Shown here one piece after another: positions 8,964 through 17,261 of a stretch of 32,000 nt of DNA. The stretch spans positions 90,001 to 122,000 of the forward strand of contig CAZHYN010000001.1 in the NCBI GenBank assembly GCA_964536865.1, given 5' to 3'. The notes under the pieces are model-generated. The model was not told where the DNA came from, did not search any database, and was given only the letters and a program-made list of their open reading frames with translations. Numbering within the stretch: the stretch's first letter is position 1; each line of letters begins with the position of its first letter. The DNA comes from an uncultured Planctomycetia bacterium (GTDB lineage: Bacteria > Omnitrophota > Gorgyraeia > Duberdicusellales > 4484-171). Both the position numbers and the translations under genes were made by a program.

Positions 8964-9302
8964 ATGAGGCTACTTAGCATTATATTAGTTTTCATTTACT
9001 CTATTTGCTTTGTTCAAGAAAAAGAGAGATTAATAGAGTATGACTTTGGGGGATATCTCAATCAGGCATAGTAAAACATAAGTTTCAAATTGAAGAATAT
9101 TAAGAGTGTGATAGCCTTATATGAATGCGTTCAAGTAAGAGTCTATAGAGAAAAGCGAAATTTGAAGTTATCTTCCTATACTGTAGAGATAGAATTTAAT
9201 CCCCAAGGGTATAGGGGAGATACTACGTAAGATGTTTTTCTTCTCGATGATGAGAACAAACTGATTCGTTTAAGGATTAAGGCATTTATAAAGTCCAAAT
9301 AG
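8964..9302 (+). pseudogene. Decayed small secreted-protein gene (one 113-codon frame with 3 in-frame stops)
   Basis: A single frame reads MRLLSIILVFIYSICFVQEKERLIEYDFGGYLNQA**NISFKLKNIKSVIALYECVQVRVYREKRNLKLSSYTVEIEFNPQGYRGDTT*DVFLLDDENKLIRLRIKAFIKSK*. The stops are at 9069-9074 (TAG TAA) and 9228-9230. The N-terminus looks like a signal peptide. This is far fewer stops than expected for AT-rich non-coding DNA. Confidence 0.35.
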
Positions 9303-9344
9303 TGCAGCTCTATTTCAATCTTCCTTTAAGTAAGAATTTTGGTG

Positions 9345-9372
9345 TAGACAAAAATAAAAAATTATATAAAAT
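9345..9372 (+). promoter_or_regulatory. Candidate sigma70-type promoter for hppA (TAGACA-16-TAAAAT)
   Basis: TAGACA lies at 9345-9350 and TAAAAT at 9367-9372, followed by an AAGGAGGA RBS at 9388-9395. The AT-rich context makes chance matches likely. Confidence 0.25.
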
Positions 9373-9398
9373 AGAAAACTCAGCAAAAAGGAGGAAAG

Positions 9399-11348
9399 AT
9401 GCAACATATTCTTACTCTCTCCTTAGGATTTTTAGGAATTATGTTTGCTTTGGGAACTTACTATTCTGTGAAGAGGAGAAGTGAAGGTAGCAAGTTAATG
9501 AGAGAGATTGCGTCTCAAATTCATATGGGAGCGATGATCTTTTTAAGGAGAGAGTATACAGTGATTGCTATATTTGTTAGTATAGTATTTTTAGTTTTAG
9601 TTAAATTTCTAAGTTTAGGCACAGCCCTTTCCTATCTCCTTGGTGCTCTCTGTTCAATGAGTGCAGGTTTCTTAGGAATGCAAGCGACAACCCGTGCCAG
9701 TGCCAGGACTACACAAGCAGCTATCCAGGGAGGTACCCCTTTAGCTTTGGAAGTAGCTTTTCGTGGAGGATCGGTAATGGGGATAGCGGTAGCTTCCTTA
9801 GGATTACTGGGTTTAGGTATTGTTTACTTTTTTACTAAAGAGCCTTACATAATCAACGGGTTTGCCATGGGAGCGTCTTCGGTAGCTTTATTTGCTCGTG
9901 TAGGAGGAGGTATTTATACTAAGAGTGCTGATATTGGTGCAGATTTAGTAGGGAAAGTGGAAGAGAATATTCCTGAAGATGATCCTAGGAATCCTGGAGT
10001 TATTGCTGATAATGTAGGTGACTGTGTAGGAGACACTGCAGGAATGGGAGCGGATTTATTTGAATCTTATGTAGGCTCAGTAGTGGCTACTATTGCTATT
10101 GGTGCAACGTTATCATCTCCTTTTAAATGGATGTTTTTGCCTTTAGGGTTAATCTGTGCAGGTTTAGTTTCTTCTCTTATAGGGATTCTTTCTATAAATA
10201 TTCTAAAAAAGATTACTCCTCAAGCAGCACTGAGATATGCAACTTATGTAAGTGGAGTATTCTTTGTATTGTTTTCCTACTCTCTTACTAAGATATTTAT
10301 CAGTAATTTGGCTGTCTTTTACTCCGTTTTAAGTGGGCTTATAGCAGGAATCCTAATTGGTTTAGAGAGTGAATTTTTTACCAGTGGTCCTCCTATAAGA
10401 GTAGTAGCAAGAAGTTCTCAATCAGGAGCAGCGACCACAATAATTACTGGATTAGCGGTTGGGTTTGAGAGCACGATTATGCCTGTTTTAACTATTGCAG
10501 CTTCTACTTACCTTGCTTATCGCTTCTCTGGTCTTTATGGAATTGCAATATCCGCGGTGGGAATGCTTTCTACTATTGGGATAGTTATGTCTACTGATTC
10601 CTACGGTCCTATCGCTGATAATGCAGGAGGGATAGCAGAGATGTCTCATCAGCCTTCGGGGATTAGGAAGGTTACTGATAGGCTTGATGCTTTGGGTAAT
10701 ACTACCGCTGCTATAGGGAAAGGATTTGCTATAGGTTCCGCAGCTCTAACTGCCTTAGCTTTATTCTCTGCCTATCAGCGAACAGCAAAGATTAGTTTGA
10801 TAGATTTGGCTGAAGTTACTACTGTAGTAGGGTTGCTCCTTGGGGCTTTAATGCCCTTTGTTATTGCAGCTTTAACTTTGAAAGCAGTAGGCAGAACCGC
10901 AAATAAAATGGTTATGGAGATACGGAGACAGTTTCGTGAGATTATAGGTTTACGTCAAGGAAAGGCTAAGCCAGAGACTGCAAAATGTATAGATATAGTG
11001 ACTAAAGGAGCTTTGAGAGAGATGATTTTGCCAGGATTGTTAGCTTTAATTGCTCCTTTATCTATTGGTTTTCTTATGGGCAAACAAGCCTTGGGAGGAT
11101 TTCTAGCAGGTGCATTGAGTTGTGGAGTCCTTTTAGGGATAATGATGGTTAATGGAGGAGCCACTTGGGATAATGCTAAGAAGTGGATTGAAGAAGGTAA
11201 CTTAGGCGGAAAAGGAACCCCCACTCATCAAGCAGCAGTGGTAGGAGATACGGTAGGAGATCCTTTCAAAGATACCACTGGACCATCAATGAATATCTTA
11301 ATTAAGCTTATGGCAATAGTGTCTTTAGTTTTTGCTCCTTTACTTTGA
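9399..11348 (+). CDS. hppA: Membrane-integral pyrophosphate-energized cation pump (K+-dependent subfamily signature)
   Basis: Hallmark motifs are [80 protein letters not shown] and [24 protein letters not shown]. There are about 16 TM segments. Confidence 0.95.
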   Translation: MQHILTLSLGFLGIMFALGTYYSVKRRSEGSKLMREIASQIHMGAMIFLRREYTVIAIFVSIVFLVLVKFLSLGTALSYLLGALCSMSAGFLGMQATTRASARTTQAAIQGGTPLALEVAFRGGSVMGIAVASLGLLGLGIVYFFTKEPYIINGFAMGASSVALFARVGGGIYTKSADIGADLVGKVEENIPEDDPRNPGVIADNVGDCVGDTAGMGADLFESYVGSVVATIAIGATLSSPFKWMFLPLGLICAGLVSSLIGILSINILKKITPQAALRYATYVSGVFFVLFSYSLTKIFISNLAVFYSVLSGLIAGILIGLESEFFTSGPPIRVVARSSQSGAATTIITGLAVGFESTIMPVLTIAASTYLAYRFSGLYGIAISAVGMLSTIGIVMSTDSYGPIADNAGGIAEMSHQPSGIRKVTDRLDALGNTTAAIGKGFAIGSAALTALALFSAYQRTAKISLIDLAEVTTVVGLLLGALMPFVIAALTLKAVGRTANKMVMEIRRQFREIIGLRQGKAKPETAKCIDIVTKGALREMILPGLLALIAPLSIGFLMGKQALGGFLAGALSCGVLLGIMMVNGGATWDNAKKWIEEGNLGGKGTPTHQAAVVGDTVGDPFKDTTGPSMNILIKLMAIVSLVFAPLL

Positions 11349-11363
11349 TTAAATCTAATAAAG

Positions 11364-12137
11364 ATGATTGCCCTGTTTAGCTTTTTAACGATTGTAGTCC
11401 TCTCTATAATTGTTGTAAGAATTGGGGCAATAGCTTTAGAACTTACTGGGTTATCTCCTGAGGTAGCTTCCTTCCAAGCTCAATCAGCATTTTCAGGAGT
11501 AGGTTTTACTACTACTGAATCAGAAGCTATAGTCAATCATTACCTTAGACGGAGGATTGTTCGTCTTCTTATGCTTTTGGGCGGTGCAGGGATTACTTCC
11601 TCCATCGCTACTCTTGTTTTGACTTTCATAGGAGAGGGAGGGAGAGGAGTTGCTTTGAGAGGTACAATTTTAGGAGGAGGGTTGTTAGTGATTTTTCTCT
11701 TTGCTCGTTCAAAATATATCTATAATTTTACTAAAAAAATAATTGTAAAAGGACTGAATAGATATGCTACTTTACGTCTCTATGATTATGAGGAGATGTT
11801 GGGTCTGAGTAAAGGTTATACTATATCAAGAATCACTGTAAGGGATGATAGTTGGTTAAGTAACAGAGCTTTAAAAGATTTAAACTTGGAGTTAGAGGGA
11901 GTACTTATTCTTGCTATTTACCGTAAGATAGGGAGTGAAGAGAAATTTATTGGTGCTCCACGAGGGGATACGGTAATAAAACCTGGTGATGTTCTCATAT
12001 GTTATGCTCGTCATGATGTAGCTAAAGCTCTTTCCCAAAGAGTTAAGGGAACAGAAGGTGATAGAGAACATGCTCTCTGCGTTGAGGAAGAAAGAAAACT
12101 TTGCGATATGAGAAGAGTTCGAGGAGGATTTGATTAA
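11364..12137 (+). CDS. Single KtrB/TrkH-like M1-P-M2 pore module fused to an RCK_C (TrkA_C) domain, paralog 2
   Basis: It starts 15 nt after the hppA stop. [14 protein letters not shown] and [17 protein letters not shown] are clearly paralogous to the 7819-8541 protein. The C-terminus [34 protein letters not shown]...[15 protein letters not shown] is RCK_C-like. Confidence 0.65.
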   Translation: MIALFSFLTIVVLSIIVVRIGAIALELTGLSPEVASFQAQSAFSGVGFTTTESEAIVNHYLRRRIVRLLMLLGGAGITSSIATLVLTFIGEGGRGVALRGTILGGGLLVIFLFARSKYIYNFTKKIIVKGLNRYATLRLYDYEEMLGLSKGYTISRITVRDDSWLSNRALKDLNLELEGVLILAIYRKIGSEEKFIGAPRGDTVIKPGDVLICYARHDVAKALSQRVKGTEGDREHALCVEEERKLCDMRRVRGGFD

Positions 12138-12142
12138 AATAG

Positions 12143-12838
12143 ATGAAAAGTTTCCTGCTTTCTCCTAATACTTTAACTCTTTTTCTAGAATGCCCACGAT
12201 GTTTTTGGTTCCACATAATTAAGGGGCAAGATTTTCGTCGTCCAGAATTTCCTACTTCTACTCTCCCTCGTGGAATGGATAGTTTGATAAAGAAATATTT
12301 CGATAATTATCGCAAGAAGAACCTTCTTCCTCCGGAGATTGCCCATATAGAGAATGCTTCCTTAGTAGATGAAGAGACAATAAGCAGGTGGCGATATTGG
12401 AAAACAGGGCTCTTTTTCCAAGATAGAGATGGTTCAAAGTTATACGGTGCTTTAGATGAGTGCCTTATCGTGGAAGGATCCTATATACCCCTTGACTATA
12501 AGACCAGGGGATTTAAGCTTAAGGAAGATTCAGCTTCTTATTATACTTTCCAGATGAGTTGTTATAATTTTCTCCTCCAGAGCAATGGATATAAAGTTAA
12601 AGATTATGCTTACCTTGTTTTTTATGTACCCTTACAACTATCCCAGGAAGGGGTGGTTCGTTTCGATATTCAGGTAGTAAAGGTAAAAACTCTATCTTCT
12701 CAAAAAGTATACCATATCTTTAAAGAAGCAGTAGAGTGTCTCAGTCTTTCTTCGCCTCCTCCTGCTAGGGATTGTAAGTTTTGTCGTTGGGCAGAGAAGA
12801 CAGTCAAATGGAAGGAAGAACAGATTCAGTTATTCTAA
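12143..12838 (+). CDS. PD-(D/E)XK nuclease superfamily protein, Cas4/RecB-like
   Basis: N-terminal LFLECPRCFW. A D...(D/E)xK arrangement (GALDECLIV...IPLDYKT). A QxxxY motif (FQMSCY). C-terminal CKFC. Together these give a CxxC...CxxC cysteine quartet. Confidence 0.6.
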   Translation: MKSFLLSPNTLTLFLECPRCFWFHIIKGQDFRRPEFPTSTLPRGMDSLIKKYFDNYRKKNLLPPEIAHIENASLVDEETISRWRYWKTGLFFQDRDGSKLYGALDECLIVEGSYIPLDYKTRGFKLKEDSASYYTFQMSCYNFLLQSNGYKVKDYAYLVFYVPLQLSQEGVVRFDIQVVKVKTLSSQKVYHIFKEAVECLSLSSPPPARDCKFCRWAEKTVKWKEEQIQLF

Positions 12839-12885
12839 GGTAAGGGGTATTAGTTGGTGTTTTCAGTTTATAGGAGGTGTAGATT

Positions 12886-13203
12886 ATGGAAGTGAAAGTA
12901 GATGGTAATAATTTTCAAGAAGAAGTTTTAAATTCTTCTCTCCCTGTTTTGGTAGATTTCTGGGCACAGTGGTGTGCTCCCTGTCTGATGTTAGTTCCCA
13001 TCATCAATGAGATTGCTGAGGAGTACCGAGGAAAGTTAAAAGTAGTTAGATTGAACATTGAAGAGGCATTTGGGATAGCAACTCGTTATGGAATAATGAA
13101 TATTCCTACCCTTATGATTTTTAAAGAGGGTAAAGTAATGGGTAAGGTTGTAGGAGTTCTACCTAAGAGAGAGATAGTAAAGTTCTTTCAACCTTACATA
13201 TAG
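12886..13203 (+). CDS. trxA: Thioredoxin
   Basis: VLVDFWAQWCAPCLMLVPI and the NIPTLMIFKEGK motif. 105 aa. GGAGG RBS. Confidence 0.9.
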   Translation: MEVKVDGNNFQEEVLNSSLPVLVDFWAQWCAPCLMLVPIINEIAEEYRGKLKVVRLNIEEAFGIATRYGIMNIPTLMIFKEGKVMGKVVGVLPKREIVKFFQPYI

Positions 13204-13472
13204 ATGCTAATTTATACTCATCACACTCAGTGGTTCATAAAGAAAATATTCCTTTATTTTGCTCACTTCCCTAAGATTTTTTAAGTTTTTAGTCTCCCTG
13301 TAGATTTGAAATAATCTTGATAATTTTTAACACAGGATGAATAGTTACAGTCATGTTTTGTGATTTTTTTAAGAAAGGAGACCATAGTATTAAGGAGAAA
13401 GAAACCTCAATTTATTCTATTTGATTTTTTTCAAAATTAGTTTAGAATTGTATTTACTAGAAAGGAGTAGTC

Positions 13473-13793
13473 ATGATACGTTTTGAAGATTTTTCCAAGT
13501 TAGATCTAAGGGTGGGTAAGATCTTAGAGGTAAGCGATCATCCTAACGCAGAGAAACTTTACCTTTTAAAGGTGGATATTGGAGAGAGGATAATTCAACT
13601 AGTAGCAGGCTTAAAACAGTGGTATACAAGTAAAGATTTACAGGGAAAATTAATTGTGGTAGTAGTTAACTTAGAGCCTAAAAAATTGAGAGGATTTCTA
13701 TCTCAAGGAATGCTCCTGGCTGCCCAATCTCATGATAAGGTAGTACTGATTTCTCCTCAAGAAGATATTGCTCCAGGAAGTGTGATAAAATGA
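13473..13793 (+). CDS. tRNA-binding domain protein (CsaA/YgjH/EMAP-like OB fold)
   Basis: FSKLDLRVGKILEVSDHPNAEKLYLLKVDIGE...VVVNLEPKKLRGFLSQGMLLA is typical of the MetRS C-terminal-like tRNA-binding domain. GGAG RBS. Confidence 0.8.
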   Translation: MIRFEDFSKLDLRVGKILEVSDHPNAEKLYLLKVDIGERIIQLVAGLKQWYTSKDLQGKLIVVVVNLEPKKLRGFLSQGMLLAAQSHDKVVLISPQEDIAPGSVIK

Positions 13794-13802
13794 AAGTTTA
13801 GT

Positions 13803-14213
13803 ATGAAAACAAGATATATAAATCTATCCACTAAGGGGAATACCGATATTATTGATATCACTCCTTATTTAGAGAAGCTAGTTAAAGAGGAAAAGGTAAA
13901 AGAAGGAATCATCTTTTTAAATGTGATTGGCTCAACAGCAGGTTTAACTACCATGGAATACGAACCTGGTCAGATTAAGGATTTGAAAAATATTTTTGAG
14001 AGAATTATCCCTTACCGTAAGGATTATGCTCACAATTTTACTTGGCATGATGATAACGCTCACTCCCACCTGCGAAGTTCTCTTATAAAGACTAATTTTT
14101 TTGTTCCTGTAACAGGAGGCAGATTGGATTTAGGTACTTGGCAACAGGTAGTTTTAGTCGATTTTGACATTCGTCCTCGACAACGAAAAATTGTGGTAAA
14201 GATACTCACCTAA
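13803..14213 (+). CDS. YjbQ/UPF0047 family protein (secondary thiamine-phosphate synthase-like)
   Basis: Motifs GLTTMEYEPG and HDDNAHSHLRSSLI...LDLGTWQQVVLVDFD are characteristic of UPF0047. Confidence 0.8.
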   Translation: MKTRYINLSTKGNTDIIDITPYLEKLVKEEKVKEGIIFLNVIGSTAGLTTMEYEPGQIKDLKNIFERIIPYRKDYAHNFTWHDDNAHSHLRSSLIKTNFFVPVTGGRLDLGTWQQVVLVDFDIRPRQRKIVVKILT

Positions 14214-15025
14214 TGGGAGAATTTTCTCTCTCTTCCAAAAATTTAGTATTTATAGATGTAGAAACCACGGGTCTTACTCCTCAAGGAGGAGATGCTATAT
14301 GCGAGATAGGAGCAGTAAAATTTGATATTCAAGAAAGGATAGTCGATAAATTCCATACTTTAACTAATCCTAAAAGAGAAATTCCTCCTCAAGCAAGTTT
14401 AATTCATGGTATCTATACCAGAGATGTAGAGGATGCTCCTTATTTTGAAGAAATAGTTGCTTCTTTATTGGATTTTTTAGAAGATTCTATTCTCTGTGGG
14501 TATAACATAGGTTTTGATTTAGGATTTATAAATAGAGAGTTAGAAAAAATAAATTACCCTCCCCTGCATCCTCCTGCTATAGATGTTCTTCTTATGGCAA
14601 GGAGTGTTTTACCTCAGCTTCCTCGTTATAGTTTACCTTCGGTAGCCCGCTATCTGAATATAGAAGTGAGAAATTTCCATCGTGCTCTCCAAGACAGTTT
14701 GCTTACCAGAGAGGTTTTTCAACGAATACGAGCTAATTTAAAAGATAAGGGAATAGAGAGAATAGAAGATATCTTGTCTCTATATGGATTGAATAACGCA
14801 TTTTTTAAGAAATTTCAAGAGCCCAAACTAGCTCTGATAAGAGAATGTATTTTAGCAAAGGTTAAAGTTAAGATTGTTTATCTTGATTCTGGAGGAAGGG
14901 TTTCTGCATTTATAGTGGTACCTCAAGGTATTCAAAAAAATAAAGATACTTATCTAGTAGGAAAGGTTTCCCGGGAAGAGATTGTATTAAATGTTAAGCA
15001 AATCCTCCAGATAGAGATTTTTTGA
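14213..15025 (+). CDS. DEDDh 3'-5' exonuclease (DnaQ/epsilon-like) with a WYL-like C-terminal domain
   Basis: Exo I FIDVETTGL, Exo II GYNIGFDLGFI, Exo III HRALQDS. The tail KVKIVYLDSGGRVSAFIVVPQGIQKNKDTYLVGKVSREEIVLNVKQILQIEI resembles a small WYL/SH3-like beta domain (tentative). Confidence 0.8.
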   Translation: MGEFSLSSKNLVFIDVETTGLTPQGGDAICEIGAVKFDIQERIVDKFHTLTNPKREIPPQASLIHGIYTRDVEDAPYFEEIVASLLDFLEDSILCGYNIGFDLGFINRELEKINYPPLHPPAIDVLLMARSVLPQLPRYSLPSVARYLNIEVRNFHRALQDSLLTREVFQRIRANLKDKGIERIEDILSLYGLNNAFFKKFQEPKLALIRECILAKVKVKIVYLDSGGRVSAFIVVPQGIQKNKDTYLVGKVSREEIVLNVKQILQIEIF

Positions 15026-15225
15026 TGGAGAGAATTCAGTTGCGCGTAAAAGGGGTAGTTCAAGAAGTAGGTTTTATTATAGATGCTTGCTTATCAGTGT
15101 CAAACTAGTTCCATTATACTTTGGCTTGCATTGTAAGAGATGTATGTGTTAAAATAAGGGAAAATTATAAACTGAACAAAGTGGTTTTAAGTGAGGAAGA
15201 GTTTCAAAACGGTCATTCCTATTAA
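15025..15225 (+). pseudogene. hypF: hypF ([NiFe]-hydrogenase maturation carbamoyltransferase) relic with a massive internal deletion
   Basis: One frame reads MERIQLRVKGVVQEVGF... (the acylphosphatase-domain motif V/I-QLR-x-x-G-x-VQGVGFR). After a TAG it continues FHYTLACIVRDVCVKIRENYKLNKVVLSEEEFQNGHSY*, which matches the HypF C-terminal FHxTLA...VxLSGGVFQN motif. About 66 codons remain of a normally ~750-aa protein. The ATG overlaps the upstream stop (TGATG). Confidence 0.55.
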
Positions 15226-15345
15226 ATTTGAGAAATAAAGTAAATGTTAGGGAAATCCTGGTAACCCCATACTTATACTTTGATTTGTATGCCCGGGATA
15301 TGTTTCTGTTATATGTTAAGTTAGGTTATAAGTAAGGAGGAGAGG

Positions 15346-15828
15346 ATGGATGAGATTTTAGAAATTTTGGAAGAAAATGCTCGAATACCCATTGAGGATT
15401 TAGCTAGGTTGGTTAAAAAGAGTAAGAAAGAGGTAGAGCAGACAATAAGAAAATATGAGAAGAAAGGGGTTATTGCTAAGTATAAGACGATAATAAATAA
15501 GGGGCGTCTTAAAGAGGAGATTCCTGTAGTGGCTCTCATTGAAGTAAGAGTTACTCCTCAGAAGGATGTGGGATTTGATAACATTGCCCAGCGTATCTAC
15601 CGCTTTCCTGAAGTTAGAAGTTGTTACCTTCTTTCTGGTACTTACGATTTACTCTTAGTAGTAGAAGGAAGAGATATCCAGACTGTAGCTCGCTTTGTTT
15701 CTGAAAAATTAGCACCTCTAAGTAGCGTTAAGGGCACTACCACGCACTTTATGTTGAAGAAGTACAAAGAAGATGGAGTGATTTTTGTAAAAGAAGAAAG
15801 GAATAAAAGGTTAACCATTACCTACTGA
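15346..15828 (+). CDS. Lrp/AsnC family transcriptional regulator
   Basis: N-terminal HTH ILEILEENARIPIEDLARLVKKSKKEVEQTIRKYEKKGVI, followed by an RAM/ACT-like C-terminal domain (ALIEVRV...LLLVVEGRD). AAGGAGG RBS. Confidence 0.85.
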   Translation: MDEILEILEENARIPIEDLARLVKKSKKEVEQTIRKYEKKGVIAKYKTIINKGRLKEEIPVVALIEVRVTPQKDVGFDNIAQRIYRFPEVRSCYLLSGTYDLLLVVEGRDIQTVARFVSEKLAPLSSVKGTTTHFMLKKYKEDGVIFVKEERNKRLTITY

Positions 15829-15829
15829 G

Positions 15830-16984
15830 ATGATTTCTAAAAGAGTAGAAAAAGTTCCCCCTTCAGGGATTAGAGAATTTTTTGATTTAGTTCTAAGTAG
15901 ACCCAATATTATCTCTTTAGGAGTAGGTGAGCCTGATTTTATAGCTCCCTGGAGAGTAAGGGAAAGAGCAATCACTGCTTTAGAGGAGGGTTTTACCTCT
16001 TATACTTCTAACAAGGGATTAAAGGTCTTAAGAAAACTCATAGCTAGCTATTTAAAGAAAAAATATGGATTAAATTACAATTCTGAGGATGAAATTCTGA
16101 TTACTGTAGGAGTAAGTCAGGGTTTAGATTTAGCTCTACGAACTATAATCGATCCCCAAGATAAAGTAGTAGTGGTGAGTCCTCATTATGTAGCTTACCC
16201 TGCTTTGGTAGAGTTAAATCTAGGGAAAGTAGTCTTTCTTGAAACTACTTTTCAGGAGGACTTTAAAGTGAACTTAAAAGAATTACATAGAATCCTGAAG
16301 AAAGAAAAACCAAAAGCGATTATCTTAAATTACCCCTCTAACCCTACTGGAGTCACTTACTCTAAGGAAGAGTTAAAAAGGATGTGGAGTATTTTGTCAA
16401 AAGAAGATGTAGTGATAATAAGTGATGAGATTTACGGAGAGATAGTTTACAAGGACTCCCATACTTCACTGGCTTCTCTTAAGGGTGCTAAGTCTAAGGT
16501 TATTCTTCTTAATGGATTCTCCAAGGGATGGGCAATGACAGGATTTAGAATAGGTTATGCCTGCGGTCCTAAAAGAGTAATTGAAGGGATGATGAAAATT
16601 CATTCTTTTAGTATGCTTTGTGCTCCTATAATTTCTCAAATTGCAGGCGAGGAAGCTCTTAAGTGTTGGGGAGAAGTAGAGGCTATGGTTAAGGAGTATC
16701 GACGCCGTAGGGATTTTATTGTGAAGGAATTAGATAGAATAGGTTTAGATACAGTAAAACCCGAAGGAGCTTTCTATTGTTTTCCTTCTTTGAAGAGATA
16801 CAAAATAGATTCTTTGGAGTTTGCTAAGAGACTCCTTTTAGAAGAGAAGATAGCAGTAGTTCCAGGGAAGGCTTTTGGTGCTTCTTATCAGGAGTTTATA
16901 AGGATCTCTTATGCTAATTCCTTAGAAAATTTAAAAGAAGCAATTGTAAGAATAGAGAGGTTTCTTAAAAATTATGGGTTATAG
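15830..16984 (+). CDS. PLP-dependent aminotransferase, class I/II (aspartate/aromatic type)
   Basis: Motifs LGVGEPDF, NYPSNPTG and the PLP-lysine motif GFSKGWAMTGFRIGY. Confidence 0.9.
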   Translation: MISKRVEKVPPSGIREFFDLVLSRPNIISLGVGEPDFIAPWRVRERAITALEEGFTSYTSNKGLKVLRKLIASYLKKKYGLNYNSEDEILITVGVSQGLDLALRTIIDPQDKVVVVSPHYVAYPALVELNLGKVVFLETTFQEDFKVNLKELHRILKKEKPKAIILNYPSNPTGVTYSKEELKRMWSILSKEDVVIISDEIYGEIVYKDSHTSLASLKGAKSKVILLNGFSKGWAMTGFRIGYACGPKRVIEGMMKIHSFSMLCAPIISQIAGEEALKCWGEVEAMVKEYRRRRDFIVKELDRIGLDTVKPEGAFYCFPSLKRYKIDSLEFAKRLLLEEKIAVVPGKAFGASYQEFIRISYANSLENLKEAIVRIERFLKNYGL

Positions 16985-17261
16985 GAGAGTAAAGATAGGA
17001 AAAAGGATACTAAAAGGATTTTGCATTTCCCTATGTAAGAAGAAGTTGGTAGGGTTGGTGGGGAAGAAGGGATATATTATGTGTGGATATCTTGATTTAA
17101 AAACCGCTGATAAGTTTAGAGAGGTTGCTGTGAAGGTAAAAGGAGTTGATAACATAGATAGTCTTCTGAAAGCAAAAGTTTTTGCCTTATCGAGAGAAGC
17201 AAAGAAGTTAGGCATCTATAAAAATCAGTCTATAAGAGATGTTATTGAGCTTATTGCTTAG
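16974..17261 (+). CDS. DUF1805 (YunC-like) domain protein
   Basis: The KGYIMCGYLDLKTADKFREVAVKVKGVDNIDSLL...EAKKLGI pattern is typical of DUF1805. It overlaps the aminotransferase stop by 11 nt. Confidence 0.65.
   Translation: MGYRRVKIGKRILKGFCISLCKKKLVGLVGKKGYIMCGYLDLKTADKFREVAVKVKGVDNIDSLLKAKVFALSREAKKLGIYKNQSIRDVIELIA

Noticed and set aside
8964-9302. Stop-codon reassignment (alternative genetic code) as the explanation for the in-frame TAG/TAA codons
   Set aside because: TAA and TAG terminate well-supported genes throughout the window (for example hppA is followed by TGA, trxA by TAG, era by TAA). All three stop codons are used as stops, so pseudogenisation is the simpler reading.
9345-9372. 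Treating the whole 8946-9398 gap as a structured 5' leader or riboswitch for hppA
   Set aside because: I recognised no conserved riboswitch motif. The single-frame decayed ORF explains most of the gap, and only a weak promoter-like element is retained, at low confidence.
9302-9484. A 60-aa + strand ORF overlapping the hppA start
   Set aside because: It is out of frame with hppA, has a GTG start without an RBS, and its 3' half overlaps the well-supported hppA coding region. The hppA ATG at 9399 has a strong AAGGAGGA RBS.
13204-13472. The 269-bp gap after trxA, considered for a riboswitch, T-box, small RNA or the 26-aa ORF MLIYTHHTQWFIKKIFLYFAHFPKIF
   Set aside because: I could see no conserved riboswitch or T-box cores, no convincing stem-loops and no RBS for the mini-ORF. 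Only generic AT-rich sequence with RBS-like AAGGAG strings is present. It is left unannotated.
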